Assembly: GCA_963978095.1 (NCBI GenBank) | Contig: CAXBQP010000001.1 | Coordinates: 32,001-96,000, forward strand | Reading direction: 5' to 3' | Source: an uncultured bacterium | Lineage (GTDB): Bacteria > Gemmatimonadota > Gemmatimonadetes > Gemmatimonadales > Gemmatimonadaceae | Length of the DNA: 64,000 nt | In this document: piece by piece, positions 39,553 to 48,962 of the stretch | Position numbering within the stretch: position 1 is the stretch's first letter | Layout: each line of letters opens with the position of its first letter | Notes under the pieces: model-generated | Database searches by the model: none | Seen by the model: the letters and a program-made list of their open reading frames with translations, nothing else | Told to the model about the DNA's origin: nothing | Position numbers and translations under genes: made by a program

Positions 39553-40500
39553 TTGTCTATGACTACGCCGCCAGAACTCCACTTCCCGGTCCGACTGGTT
39601 GTCCAGCGAACTGGCCTCTCCGCCGACGTCTTGCGCGCCTGGGAGCGGCGCTACCGCGCGGTCGTCCCGCACCGCACGGCCGGCGGCCAGCGCGTGTACT
39701 CCGCCGCCGACATCGCCCGCCTGACGACGCTGGCCCGGCTCGTCGATCGCGGACACTCCATCGGCCAGATCGCGGGTGCCTCGGACGAGGAACTGCAGCG
39801 CATCGTGGAACGCGACTCCCGCATCGCCGCCCCACTCCCAAGTGCCCCGTCGGTCGCCACCGACTCGGGGGACTCCCTCATCGCCGCCGCCCTCGACGCC
39901 ACCGACCGCATGGATCCGGAAGCGCTGGAGCGACTGCTCCGCGGAGCCGCGCTCCGGATGGGAGTCGACGACATGATCGAGCAGGTGTTGGCCCCCCTGC
40001 TGTTCACGATCGGCTCGCTCTGGCACCAAGGCGTGCTGCGGCCGGCGCAGGAACACGTTGCCACCGCCGTGATCCGCGGCACGTTGGGCTGGATGATGGA
40101 ACTGGCCACGCCGTCGGCGAACGCCCCGTGCATCGTCGTCGGCACGCCGGCGGGTCAGATGCATGAAATGGGTGCGATGATCGCGGCCGCGGTGATCGCC
40201 TCGCAGGGGGCGCGGGTGCTCTACCTCGGCGCCGACCTGCCCGCAACGGAAATCGCCGATGCCGCGGAACGCTCACGCGCGATCGGTGTCGCGCTCAGCA
40301 TCGTGTACCCGTACGACGACCCGCATCTCCACCACGAGATCGCGATCCTTCGCGGCGCCCTGCCGCCCCGAGTGCACATAATTGCCGGTGGCGCCGCCGC
40401 CTCGGCCTATCCCGATGCGTGGCGCCACCCCAACACGACCCTGACCGCCTCGCTGGACCAGCTGCGGGACTACATCCGCGGCTTGCCGTCCATCTCCTGA
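39553..40500 (+). CDS. MerR-family cobalamin-binding transcriptional regulator (CarH/LitR-like); start TTG 39553 or ATG 39559
   Basis: MerR wHTH (LRAWERRY..RTAGGQRVY), W-x9-EH motif (WHQGVLRPAQEH), QMHEMG His ligand motif, YLGADLP. Confidence 0.88.
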   Translation: MSMTTPPELHFPVRLVVQRTGLSADVLRAWERRYRAVVPHRTAGGQRVYSAADIARLTTLARLVDRGHSIGQIAGASDEELQRIVERDSRIAAPLPSAPSVATDSGDSLIAAALDATDRMDPEALERLLRGAALRMGVDDMIEQVLAPLLFTIGSLWHQGVLRPAQEHVATAVIRGTLGWMMELATPSANAPCIVVGTPAGQMHEMGAMIAAAVIASQGARVLYLGADLPATEIADAAERSRAIGVALSIVYPYDDPHLHHEIAILRGALPPRVHIIAGGAAASAYPDAWRHPNTTLTASLDQLRDYIRGLPSIS

Positions 40501-41747
40501 ATGGTCTTGGTGCTCGGCGGACGCTCCTGCTGCAGCCGCTTGGCCACCTGTTCCGCCTGGCTCAACGCGCGGAGCACGTTCTCGCCGGCGAGTTTCCTGA
40601 GCTCCGCATCCGTCCAGCCCCGACGGATCAACTCCGCGAAGAGCATCGGGTAGTCGGCCTGTGACTGGAGGCCGTCCGGCAACTCGTCATCGACGCCGTC
40701 GAAGTCGGACCCGATGCCGATATTGTCAGCGCTTGCAGTCTTCTTGATGTAATCCAGATGGTTCGCGACGTCGGCGATGGTCGCGTGAGGCGCCGGATGC
40801 GCCGCATCCCAGCTTTTGAGCGCGCGGTTGAACACCGCCGTGTCGGCGCCGACGCGCGCCTTGAGGTTGGCGCTGTACGCGCTCCGCTCGAGCGAGTGCT
40901 TGCGCACCGCCGGCGAATCGAAACCCGGGACGAACGTCACCATGACGACGCCCCCGTTCTTGGGCAGCCGCTTGAGGATCGAGTCCGGCACGTTGCGCGG
41001 ATGATCCACGAGTGCCTTGGCGGAAGAGTGCGAGAAGATCACCGGCGCCGCCGCCACGTCGAGCGCGTTGCTCATGACGCCCGGCGAGACATGCGACAGA
41101 TCCACCAACATGCCGAGGCGGTTCATCTCCCGCACCACCTCCTTGCCGAAGTTCGTCAGGCCACCGTGCGTGGGCGCGTCGAGCGCGGCGTCGGCCCAGT
41201 CCAGCGTCACATTGTGCGTGAGAGTCATATAGCGGACGCCCATTCCATAGTAGGCGCGCAACGCCCCGAGCGAGTTCTCGATCGCATGACCACCTTCCAT
41301 GCCAAGCATGGAGCCCACTTTGCCCGCCTTGAACGCCGTCCGCATGTCGGCGGCCGTCGCGGCGGCCACGAGGCGTTCGGGGTATTTCGCGATGACGCGC
41401 CGGGCGATGTCGATCTGCTCGAGCTGGATCCGCGCGTAGCCGGAGTCCTTGACCTCGCCGGGAATGTACACGCTCCAGAACTGCCCGCCGAGCTGTCCGG
41501 CCTTCATGCGGGCCAGATCGGTCTGGTGCGGGGTGGTCTTGCGGAGGTCGTACGCGTCGATGTCGCGCGGAGCGGTCTTGCTCTCGCGGATCGCCCACGG
41601 CAAATCGTTGTGTCCGTCCACCAGTGGCGTTGTGGCGAGCAGCGCCTTGGCATGCGCGAGCGCAGCATCCGAAGGCTTGGCGGCGGGGGCCTGGGCGCGG
41701 AGTGTGGCCGCGCACGCCAGGAACAGCGCATATCGTAAGGGGGTCAT
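40470..41747 (-). CDS. Membrane/renal dipeptidase (peptidase M19)
   Basis: Signal peptide; DGHNDLPW, GMEGGH, TLTH, DLSHVS, IFSHSS, GSDFDG. Confidence 0.93.
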   Translation of the reverse strand: MTPLRYALFLACAATLRAQAPAAKPSDAALAHAKALLATTPLVDGHNDLPWAIRESKTAPRDIDAYDLRKTTPHQTDLARMKAGQLGGQFWSVYIPGEVKDSGYARIQLEQIDIARRVIAKYPERLVAAATAADMRTAFKAGKVGSMLGMEGGHAIENSLGALRAYYGMGVRYMTLTHNVTLDWADAALDAPTHGGLTNFGKEVVREMNRLGMLVDLSHVSPGVMSNALDVAAAPVIFSHSSAKALVDHPRNVPDSILKRLPKNGGVVMVTFVPGFDSPAVRKHSLERSAYSANLKARVGADTAVFNRALKSWDAAHPAPHATIADVANHLDYIKKTASADNIGIGSDFDGVDDELPDGLQSQADYPMLFAELIRRGWTDAELRKLAGENVLRALSQAEQVAKRLQQERPPSTKTIQEMDGKPRM

Positions 41748-41787
41748 ATTTACATTATAGCGTTTTCCGAACCAACATGGAGGGCCG

Positions 41788-42852
41788 ATGCCGACCACCG
41801 TGAAACGATCCGGCCGCGTGCGCCGCTCCACCCTCACCCTGTTGCTCTTGGCCGGCGTCGTCACCTCGCGCGCCGTAGCGCAGGAGGGCGGCGCCCCGAA
41901 CCTCGCGGGGAGAGTCACGACACCGGGAGGCGAACCACTCGACAACGTCGAGGTCCGGCTTGTCGGCACCACCGCGGTGACCCGCAGCAACGTCGAGGGG
42001 AAGTTTGCGTTCGTCGGCGTCCCCTCAGGTCCGGCGCAACTCGCGTTTCGCCGCGTGGGGTACATGCCGAGCGTCGTGGGCGTGGCCATCCCACAAGGAA
42101 ATGAGGCGCTCGATGTCGCGCTGGTACCAACCACGACGCAGCTCGACACGGTGGCGGTCACCGCCGACGTGCACGTGCTCGCGGGGGTCGTGGTGGACGA
42201 GGCCGGCGCGCGGCTTCCCGGGACGGAGGTGTTCCTGGTCGGTAGCAAGCGCGTGACCACCATGACCAACGATGATGGTTGGTTCACCTTCACCGCACCG
42301 CACAGCGGTCCGGTCATGATTCGTGCCCGTCGGCAGGGATACGCGGTCGGGACATTCAGCGTGAATCTCGATGGCTGGCGAGGTGTCGTCCTGCGGATGG
42401 AGCGCCTCGACGCGATGCTGTCGCAGTCCCGGATGCTGGACAAGAGCGGCTTCGGCGTCGGCGCGGAGGTGGTATGGGATGAATCCAGCCGCCGGATGAT
42501 CCAGCGGTCGGCGCGCTCGGCGATCGTCCCGCGAGAAGAACTGGCCGCGCGCAGCGGCATGACCTTGGGGCAGGCACTGCGGTCCACGTCGAGCGGCCAA
42601 CTCGCCGCGATGCAGCTGGATCTTTCGTCGAATCGTGCCTGTGTGCTCGAGGACGGTCGTCGCTCGGTGGGATTCGCCACGCTCGATCTGTATCGCGCGG
42701 ACGATGTGGAGTTCGTGGAGCTCTATCCACCGGGCACGGAACCATCCGGGACCGTCGCCCGCTATCTGCGTGGCGCGGGCTGCCCGTCGTCATCCACCGT
42801 TGGCGGGCGAAGCGCACCGCCATTTTATGCCGTGATCTGGATGCGGAACTGA
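41788..42852 (+). CDS. Secreted protein with two carboxypeptidase-regulatory-like domains and a plug-like C-terminus
   Basis: Signal peptide; two GxVx...G..L...V / G.F.F / R..GY repeats; DDVEFVELY..YAVIWMR. Confidence 0.7.
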   Translation: MPTTVKRSGRVRRSTLTLLLLAGVVTSRAVAQEGGAPNLAGRVTTPGGEPLDNVEVRLVGTTAVTRSNVEGKFAFVGVPSGPAQLAFRRVGYMPSVVGVAIPQGNEALDVALVPTTTQLDTVAVTADVHVLAGVVVDEAGARLPGTEVFLVGSKRVTTMTNDDGWFTFTAPHSGPVMIRARRQGYAVGTFSVNLDGWRGVVLRMERLDAMLSQSRMLDKSGFGVGAEVVWDESSRRMIQRSARSAIVPREELAARSGMTLGQALRSTSSGQLAAMQLDLSSNRACVLEDGRRSVGFATLDLYRADDVEFVELYPPGTEPSGTVARYLRGAGCPSSSTVGGRSAPPFYAVIWMRN

Positions 42853-42867
42853 GCGTCCCCCGATGCA

Positions 42868-42902
42868 ACGCGGGGCCGAGCGAACATCGCTCGGCCCCGC
42901 GT
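42868..42902. terminator. Perfect 16-bp stem between convergent genes
   Basis: ACGCGGGGCCGAGCGA-ACA-TCGCTCGGCCCCGCGT. Confidence 0.7.
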
Positions 42903-42921
42903 CGTGCATTCGGCCTTCGAT

Positions 42922-44673
42922 CTACGGCTTCTTGGGAGCGGGCACGGCCGTCTTGGCCGGAGCCTTGGCCGCCGGCGCAGGAGCCTTGGCCACCGGCGCT
43001 GGGGCCTTGGGCGCAGGAGCTGGCGCTGGGGATTTCGCCGCCGGCGCCTTCGCCGCCGGTGCAGCCGGGGCGGCGGGCTTCTTCACCACCGGCGCCTTGA
43101 CGGCGGGCTTTGCGACCGGCTTCGCGGCGGGCTTCGGAGCCGGGGCCGGCATCGGGGGCGGCGCCACAAGATTGTCACCGCCGGCGGTCACGTCGAACTC
43201 GATGCGGCGGTTCTTGGCCCACGCGGAGGCGGTGTGACCGGTCTCGATGGGACGCGACTCGCCATAGCTCATGGTCTCGATGCGGGCGGCCGCGATCCCC
43301 TTGGCGACGAGATACTGTTTCGCGAGGTTGGCGCGCGCCAACCCGAGCTTCATGTTGGCGGCATCGGGACCACGTTCATCCGTGTGGCCGGCAATGCGGA
43401 GCTTCACGGCCGGATTCGCATTCAAAATGTCGACCTTCGCGTCGAGCATCGCCTTCTGCTCGGCGTTGAACACCGCGCTCGCCGGCACCGGCGCCGTGAG
43501 GGCCGTGCGCACCGCGGCCGATGCGGCTGCCGCCTTGGCACGACGCTCGCTCTCGAGCGCCGCTGCAGCGGCGCGACGGACTGCGGCGACGCTATCGGCC
43601 GCCTTCAGTTCGGCGGCCGCACGGGCGTTCGCTTCTTCCGCGCGACGCAGTTCTTCGGCGCGGGCGGCGGCGAGTTTACGACGTTCGTCTTCCGCCTTGG
43701 CAGCGGCGAGCGCGGCCGCCTGCGCGGCGAGCTGGTCGGCGGACATGCCGACCGGCGCCGACGGAGCGGCAGGACCGGCGACCGGCGTCGGCGCAATCGG
43801 ATTCAACCGGAAGGCGAAGCCGACGCCGAGCGTGAAGCGCATCCCGGTCTTCTTGATGACGCCAGCCTTCTCGACCACACCGTCGTTGGACGCGCCCGTG
43901 ATGTCGGACAGCGCGGGCGAGAGCACCAGCGGCAGATTCTTGAACGGCACGAACGAGAACCCGAGGTTCAGGTCCTGCCCCGACCAATCGGCGATGACCG
44001 ACGTGCGATCCGAGGTGCGCAATGCCAGGGAGGAGAACACGCCAATCCCGTGCTTGCCGCTGTTGAGGTCCGCTGCAGGCTGGAAGGCTTCGCTGCCGGC
44101 ACCCGCCGACCACGTGAGCGACTGGAAGGCACTCAGGAAGGTGTCATTGAGCGACCACACGTGCGTGACGACGCCATAGACGCTGTTGCGGTCGTCCGCG
44201 TTGGCATTGAGCTGCACCCCTTGCACACCGAGGGCGATCCCCCAGTTGTCGCCGAGCAGCTTGTGCGCCTTGAGGCCCACACCAACGCGATTCCCGACGC
44301 CGCTTCGGATGGACGACAAGGCATTCACGGCCACTTCAAGACCCACCGCGTTGCTCGAGTTGCCAAGCCCGAATCCCACCGACGCGCTGCCATCGGCGTC
44401 ACCGGCCGCACTGTAGCGCACGGGAGACTGCACGCCAAAACCGACGAACGCGTCGTTCCAGTTCGCGCCGAACGCGATGGGCGAGCCGGAACTCGTACCC
44501 GGCGCACCGCGCGGGAATCGCCCTTGCTCGGTACCGAGGCCGATGTCCGGCACAGGGAGCATGAACTTGGCCCGGAGGGCGTCGATGCCTTGCGCCTGCA
44601 CGGGCGTGGTGCCGGCAATGCCAGCGGTGCCAACGAGCAGGGCGGTAGCGAGGAGTGACCGAAGCGAGATCAT
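42922..44673 (-). CDS. OmpA/Pal-domain protein with N-terminal beta-barrel-like domain, coiled linker and Pro/Ala/Lys tail
   Basis: Signal peptide; amphipathic strands ending FTLGVGFAF; IAGHTDERG..NMKLGLARA..SYGESRP..KNRRIEF. Confidence 0.8.
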   Translation of the reverse strand: MISLRSLLATALLVGTAGIAGTTPVQAQGIDALRAKFMLPVPDIGLGTEQGRFPRGAPGTSSGSPIAFGANWNDAFVGFGVQSPVRYSAAGDADGSASVGFGLGNSSNAVGLEVAVNALSSIRSGVGNRVGVGLKAHKLLGDNWGIALGVQGVQLNANADDRNSVYGVVTHVWSLNDTFLSAFQSLTWSAGAGSEAFQPAADLNSGKHGIGVFSSLALRTSDRTSVIADWSGQDLNLGFSFVPFKNLPLVLSPALSDITGASNDGVVEKAGVIKKTGMRFTLGVGFAFRLNPIAPTPVAGPAAPSAPVGMSADQLAAQAAALAAAKAEDERRKLAAARAEELRRAEEANARAAAELKAADSVAAVRRAAAAALESERRAKAAAASAAVRTALTAPVPASAVFNAEQKAMLDAKVDILNANPAVKLRIAGHTDERGPDAANMKLGLARANLAKQYLVAKGIAAARIETMSYGESRPIETGHTASAWAKNRRIEFDVTAGGDNLVAPPPMPAPAPKPAAKPVAKPAVKAPVVKKPAAPAAPAAKAPAAKSPAPAPAPKAPAPVAKAPAPAAKAPAKTAVPAPKKP

Positions 44674-44826
44674 GTGGTCTACCGGGCGGGGGGCGGTGGA
44701 ACGATCGGTGTGCGACGGGGGCAACGGTGCGCCACGCCCCGGGATGCGGTTCCCGTGCGCGTGACCTTCTAACCTACCACTAAATGTACGCGGGCGGGAG
44801 ATGGGGTGAAACCACCATCGAACGAA

Positions 44827-44864
44827 GCGACGCCCCGCCCCGGGGTTCCGGGGCGGGGCGTCGC
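44827..44864 (-). terminator. Intrinsic terminator of ahcY
   Basis: Perfect 17-bp GC stem followed by TTCGTT on the minus strand. Confidence 0.7.
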
Positions 44865-44890
44865 CTCGTGCCGACGACCGCGGACGTCGA

Positions 44891-46408
44891 CTAGTAGCGG
44901 TACGCCTCGGGCTTGTACGGCCCGTCCACGGGCACGCCGATGTAGTCCGCCTGCTCCTGCGACAGCTGCGTGAGCTTCACGCCGATCTTCTCGAGGTGGA
45001 GACGCGCGACCTTCTCGTCGAGCTTCTTCGGGAGGGTGTAGACGGCGCGCTCGCTGTAGCTCGTGCCCGAGACGGTCGGCTTCCCCTGCGCCGCGAGATG
45101 CAGATCGATCTGCGCCACGACCTGGTTGGTGAACGAGCAGCTCATGACGAAGCTCGGATGGCCGGTGGCGCAGCCGAGGTTGAGCAGACGCCCTTCGGCC
45201 AGAATCATCACGCTGTGGCCGTCGGGGAAGACGAACTCGTCGTACTGCGGCTTGATGTTGATGCGCTCGATGCCCGGGTACGACTTGAGCCCGGCCATGT
45301 CGATCTCGTTGTCGAAGTGGCCGATGTTCCCGACGATCGCCTTGTCCTTCATCTTCGCCATGTGCTCGACGGTGATGATGTCCTTGTTGCCCGTCGCGGT
45401 GATGAAGATGTCGGCCGTGGACACCACGCTCTCGAGCGTCGTGACCTGATAGCCTTCCATCGCGGCCTGCAGTGCGCAGATCGGATCGATCTCGCAGATC
45501 ACGACGCGGGCGCCCTGTCCCTTGAACGCCTGCGCCGAGCCCTTGCCCACATCACCGTAGCCGAGCACGACGGCGACCTTGCCGGCGAGCATGACGTCGC
45601 TGGCGCGGAGGATGCCGTCGGTGAGCGAGTGCCGGCAGCCGTACAGGTTGTCGAACTTGCTCTTCGTCACGGAGTCGTTGACGTTGATCGCCGGGAAGAG
45701 GAGCGCCCCGGCCTTCATCATCTCATAGAGGCGATGCACGCCGGTGGTCGTCTCTTCCGATACGCCCTTGATGGCGGCCGCCACCTCGGTCCAGCGGTTC
45801 GGGGTCTCCGCGAGCGTCTTGCGGAGCAGGTCGAGGATGATACCGTATTCCTCGCTCTCGGTGACCGGGTTGTGCTGGGGCACGGCCTTGGCGGCCTCGA
45901 ACTCCACGCCCTTATGGATGAGCAGCGTGGCGTCGCCGCCGTCGTCCAGGATCAGGTTCGGACCTGTACCGTCGGGCCACATGAGGGCCTCATCGGTGCA
46001 CCACCAGTACTCCTCGAGCGTCTCCCCCTTCCACGCGAACACCGGGGTGCCGCGCGGCGCGTCCACGGTGCCGTCCTTGCCGACGACGACCGCCGCGGCC
46101 GCGTGATCCTGCGTCGAGAAGATGTTGCAGCTGACCCAGCGCACGTCGGCGCCGAGTTCGGTGAGCGTCTCGATCAACACGGCGGTCTGCACCGTCATGT
46201 GCAACGAGCCCATGATCTTGGCGCCGGCGAGGGGCTTCTGCCCCTTGTACTCGGCGCGGAGCGCCATCAAGCCGGGCATCTCGTACTCCGCCAAGCGGAG
46301 TTCCTTGCGGCCGAAATCGGCCAGCGTGATGTCCTTGACCTTGAACGGCGGACGACCGGCCGCCTTGGCGGCGTCGAACGAATGGAGTGCGGGAGCTGTG
46401 GTAGCCAT
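44891..46408 (-). CDS. ahcY: Adenosylhomocysteinase
   Basis: [55 protein letters not shown]. Confidence 0.97.
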   Translation of the reverse strand: MATTAPALHSFDAAKAAGRPPFKVKDITLADFGRKELRLAEYEMPGLMALRAEYKGQKPLAGAKIMGSLHMTVQTAVLIETLTELGADVRWVSCNIFSTQDHAAAAVVVGKDGTVDAPRGTPVFAWKGETLEEYWWCTDEALMWPDGTGPNLILDDGGDATLLIHKGVEFEAAKAVPQHNPVTESEEYGIILDLLRKTLAETPNRWTEVAAAIKGVSEETTTGVHRLYEMMKAGALLFPAINVNDSVTKSKFDNLYGCRHSLTDGILRASDVMLAGKVAVVLGYGDVGKGSAQAFKGQGARVVICEIDPICALQAAMEGYQVTTLESVVSTADIFITATGNKDIITVEHMAKMKDKAIVGNIGHFDNEIDMAGLKSYPGIERINIKPQYDEFVFPDGHSVMILAEGRLLNLGCATGHPSFVMSCSFTNQVVAQIDLHLAAQGKPTVSGTSYSERAVYTLPKKLDEKVARLHLEKIGVKLTQLSQEQADYIGVPVDGPYKPEAYRY

Positions 46409-46499
46409 TGGAGTCTGCGGCGGAGGGTGATGTGAAACGAAAGAACGAGTCGTACGTCCTGCGGAGTGAACACGTGGGACGCGGGGACGGAGCCCCGCG

Positions 46500-47438
46500 T
46501 CAGGGTTTGGTACAGGAGGCGACGAAGAGCGTCGGCCCCTTGGCGGCCGGTGACGCCGGCAACGCGTGCGCGCGGAAATCAACGAGCCCCACGTCGGTCG
46601 TCCAGCGTTCGAGCTGCTGGTGCGAGAACCCCTGCCAGAGATGTCCCATGGTCTCGCGGTATTCGGCGCGATCATGGGGGAGCATGTCGACCATCAACAG
46701 CCGGCCGCCGCGTTTCAACGCGCGACTGGTGTTGCTCAGTGCGAGCTGTGGTTCGGCGACGTAGTGCAGCACCAGCGACAACAGCGCGACGTCCAACTCC
46801 CCTTCATCGACCGGGAGCGTTTCGAGCGTGCCGTGCCGGAAGTCGACGTTGTCGAATGCGTCGAGACGCGCGCGCGCCGCCCGAAGCATCGCGGACGACT
46901 CATCCACGGCGATCACGCGCGCCACGAAGGGCGCCATCGCCTCGGCCAACTGCCCCGCACCGCAACCCAGATCGCCGACGACCGCGGCACGGTCGAGCAA
47001 ACCGAGCAAGGGATACAGCTCCGTGCGGGACCCGAACAGCTCCTCACGCAGGCGATCCCACTGCCCCGCACTCGACGCGAAGAACCGTTGCGAGGCCGTG
47101 TGCCGCGCCGCGATGACCCCACGGACGCGCTCCGCATCGCGCGCGGCGGTGGCCATGGCACTCACCTCGTCGCGGATACTGAGCCAGAGCTTGCGCGCCG
47201 CCGGGTCGAGATCGCGCGCCGTCATCCGGTACCGGTTGCTGGTGCCGTCCTCCCGGCTCACGACCCATCCGCCATCGGCGAGCGCCCGCAGGTGGCGGCT
47301 GACCGTGGACTGTGGCAACTGGAGGGCGGCGCGCAGCTCACCGACGGTCAGCTCGTGGCGCTCCAGGATGAGGAGCAGCCGCGCGCGGATCGGGTCGGCA
47401 AGGGCCGTCAGGCGGTCAAAGACAGGGTTCTGTTTCAT
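46500..47438 (-). CDS. sahR: ArsR-HTH + methyltransferase regulator (SahR-like)
   Basis: [38 protein letters not shown]; directly upstream of ahcY. Confidence 0.85.
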   Translation of the reverse strand: MKQNPVFDRLTALADPIRARLLLILERHELTVGELRAALQLPQSTVSRHLRALADGGWVVSREDGTSNRYRMTARDLDPAARKLWLSIRDEVSAMATAARDAERVRGVIAARHTASQRFFASSAGQWDRLREELFGSRTELYPLLGLLDRAAVVGDLGCGAGQLAEAMAPFVARVIAVDESSAMLRAARARLDAFDNVDFRHGTLETLPVDEGELDVALLSLVLHYVAEPQLALSNTSRALKRGGRLLMVDMLPHDRAEYRETMGHLWQGFSHQQLERWTTDVGLVDFRAHALPASPAAKGPTLFVASCTKP

Positions 47439-47455
47439 CCGTATATCCGGATGAA
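47434..47455. promoter_or_regulatory. Palindromic candidate SahR operator overlapping the start codon
   Basis: TTCATCCG-TATATC-CGGATGAA, perfect 8-bp arms. Confidence 0.65.
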
Positions 47456-47474
47456 AGGTCATAAGACGGGCGCG

Positions 47475-47603
47475 TCAAGTCAAGCCCCGGTTGAGGCCCT
47501 CAGTTCGCTCGGCCGCGAGCTCGGCCTCCTCTCGTGACGCAACGCAGCACACGTTCATCGCGACATGGCCGTCGGGCCGAGGAGCGAAGTCGCGCGGGTG
47601 CAC
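47475..47603 (-). pseudogene. Possible N-terminal remnant of a TrpF-like gene
   Basis: VAMNVCCVASREEAELAA resembles the KICCIxSxEEAxLA start of TrpF-like proteins; stops after 42 codons. Confidence 0.35.
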
Positions 47604-47608
47604 GGTGG

Positions 47609-48217
47609 TCAGTCGGTCGAGCGTTCCAGGGCGACGGTCATCGGGCGCAACTGCTCGCCGACCCAGCACTGCATGCCGACCCCGGTGAGCCCGGCGGACC
47701 GAAACGCGCGGCGATACACGGCCGGCGTGCGGTGATGCCACGCGCGTCGATCGCCGTCGATCTCGTCGGCGCTGGTGTAGGCCTCGAGATAGGCCACGCC
47801 GCCCAGGTGCGCGGCGACCGCCCGGAGCCCCGGCGCGAGGTCGCCAGGGCTGACGTATTGGAGCACATCGCAACACACGATCAGGTCGAACCTGCCACCC
47901 AGGTCGAGGGCGTCGAGGCCGCCGAAGGTGCCGAGTCGGATATTGCGGGACGCCCCGAATCGGTTGATGACATACGGACTCGGATCGACGCCGGTATAAC
48001 GCACGGCGGGTCGAAGCCGGCGGAGCGCAGACCGCCACGGGGCTTCGCCGCACCCGACATCGAGCACGGAGCGGACGCGCCGCTGGAGGAGCGATTCGGC
48101 GATGCCGACCACCATGGCCGCCTTGCGTGCGACGTCCGCGCGCGTGGCGACCCGATGCTCGGGGTCGCGATACCAACGGTCGAAATAGGCGCGATCGTAG
48201 GCCTTGGACGCGGTCAC
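47609..48217 (-). CDS. Class I SAM-dependent methyltransferase
   Basis: YDRAYFDRWY, VLDVGCGE, FDLIVCCDVLQY; GTGA overlap with the upstream stop. Confidence 0.85.
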   Translation of the reverse strand: MTASKAYDRAYFDRWYRDPEHRVATRADVARKAAMVVGIAESLLQRRVRSVLDVGCGEAPWRSALRRLRPAVRYTGVDPSPYVINRFGASRNIRLGTFGGLDALDLGGRFDLIVCCDVLQYVSPGDLAPGLRAVAAHLGGVAYLEAYTSADEIDGDRRAWHHRTPAVYRRAFRSAGLTGVGMQCWVGEQLRPMTVALERSTD

Positions 48218-48912
48218 GTCGAACGAATGAAGTGACAGCCCGCCTCCTGGGCGCGGGAGACGGCAAAGATCCCCGAGGGCTGGCGGATGACACCCGGGAC
48301 CACCGAGGCCGCGACTTGGGCGCGCGCTTCGTCCTGCGAGATGTTCGCCTCCTTCGCGAGTTGTCCCGCGAACCGCATCAACGCGAGGTTGCAGCAGAGC
48401 ACGGTGACGCCACGTCCGATCAGCGCGTCGAGGCCGCCCTCCCCGAGGATGGCGGCGAACTTGTCGCTCGCCTGGATCTTCACGAACGGATTCCGCAGCG
48501 CCGACTCGCCGGTCGTGGGATCCTTGAGCTTGGACCGTTCCCCCAACTTGAAACGATTCCACAGGTCGTCGTTGACCGCGGCCGCGATGGCCTGATGCCG
48601 GATCACGATGACGGCACCCATGTCCCTATCGGTGGTCTTGTAGACGTCGCTGTACCCGCGCATCCAGGTGACGGTGTTCGTGAAGGCGATCCCGTCACTC
48701 ATTTCAGGCATGTCGAAGAGCATGCGATGCTTGGCCTTTTCGACCCGATCGACCCACGACATGTCCCAGCCGCCCTGCGGGGTCGGATACTCCGGGAAGG
48801 TGCGCGCCTGCGCTACGAGTTCGCGCGCGCTCAGCCCGGAGGCAGCGACGGCGGCAGTGGTACCAGCGATGGCGGTCAGGAACTGACGGCGATTGGCGGG
48901 CGGATTGGTCAC
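48214..48912 (-). CDS. Tat-signal protein, possible DsrE-like fold
   Basis: NRRQFL twin-arginine signal; RGVTVLCCNLAL, PSGIFAVSRAQEAG. Confidence 0.65.
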   Translation of the reverse strand: MTNPPANRRQFLTAIAGTTAAVAASGLSARELVAQARTFPEYPTPQGGWDMSWVDRVEKAKHRMLFDMPEMSDGIAFTNTVTWMRGYSDVYKTTDRDMGAVIVIRHQAIAAAVNDDLWNRFKLGERSKLKDPTTGESALRNPFVKIQASDKFAAILGEGGLDALIGRGVTVLCCNLALMRFAGQLAKEANISQDEARAQVAASVVPGVIRQPSGIFAVSRAQEAGCHFIRST

Positions 48913-48962
48913 GGGCTCTCTCAGACTGGAAGCTTTGGGGGTCGGCGCGACGGCGCGCGGTC

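Noticed and set aside
40470..42680. 736-aa ORF as a fused dipeptidase
   Set aside because: The N-terminal extension is the antisense of the 41788-42852 gene. The real start at 41747 has a signal peptide and a TATAAT box.
42925..43160. Repetitive DNA as a CRISPR array or DNA repeat element
   Set aside because: Imperfect in-frame repeats encoding the Pro/Ala/Lys tail; no constant repeat-spacer structure and no cas genes.
46433..46458. TGAAAC-N16-CGTC on + between ahcY and sahR
   Set aside because: It points antisense into sahR with no sense gene downstream, and an occasional chance match is plausible in 64 kb. Not counted in the ECF set without TSS data.
46409..46499. SAH/SAM riboswitch upstream of ahcY
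   Set aside because: No recognisable conserved riboswitch core, and the adjacent SahR-like regulator explains the control. An Rfam scan would settle it.
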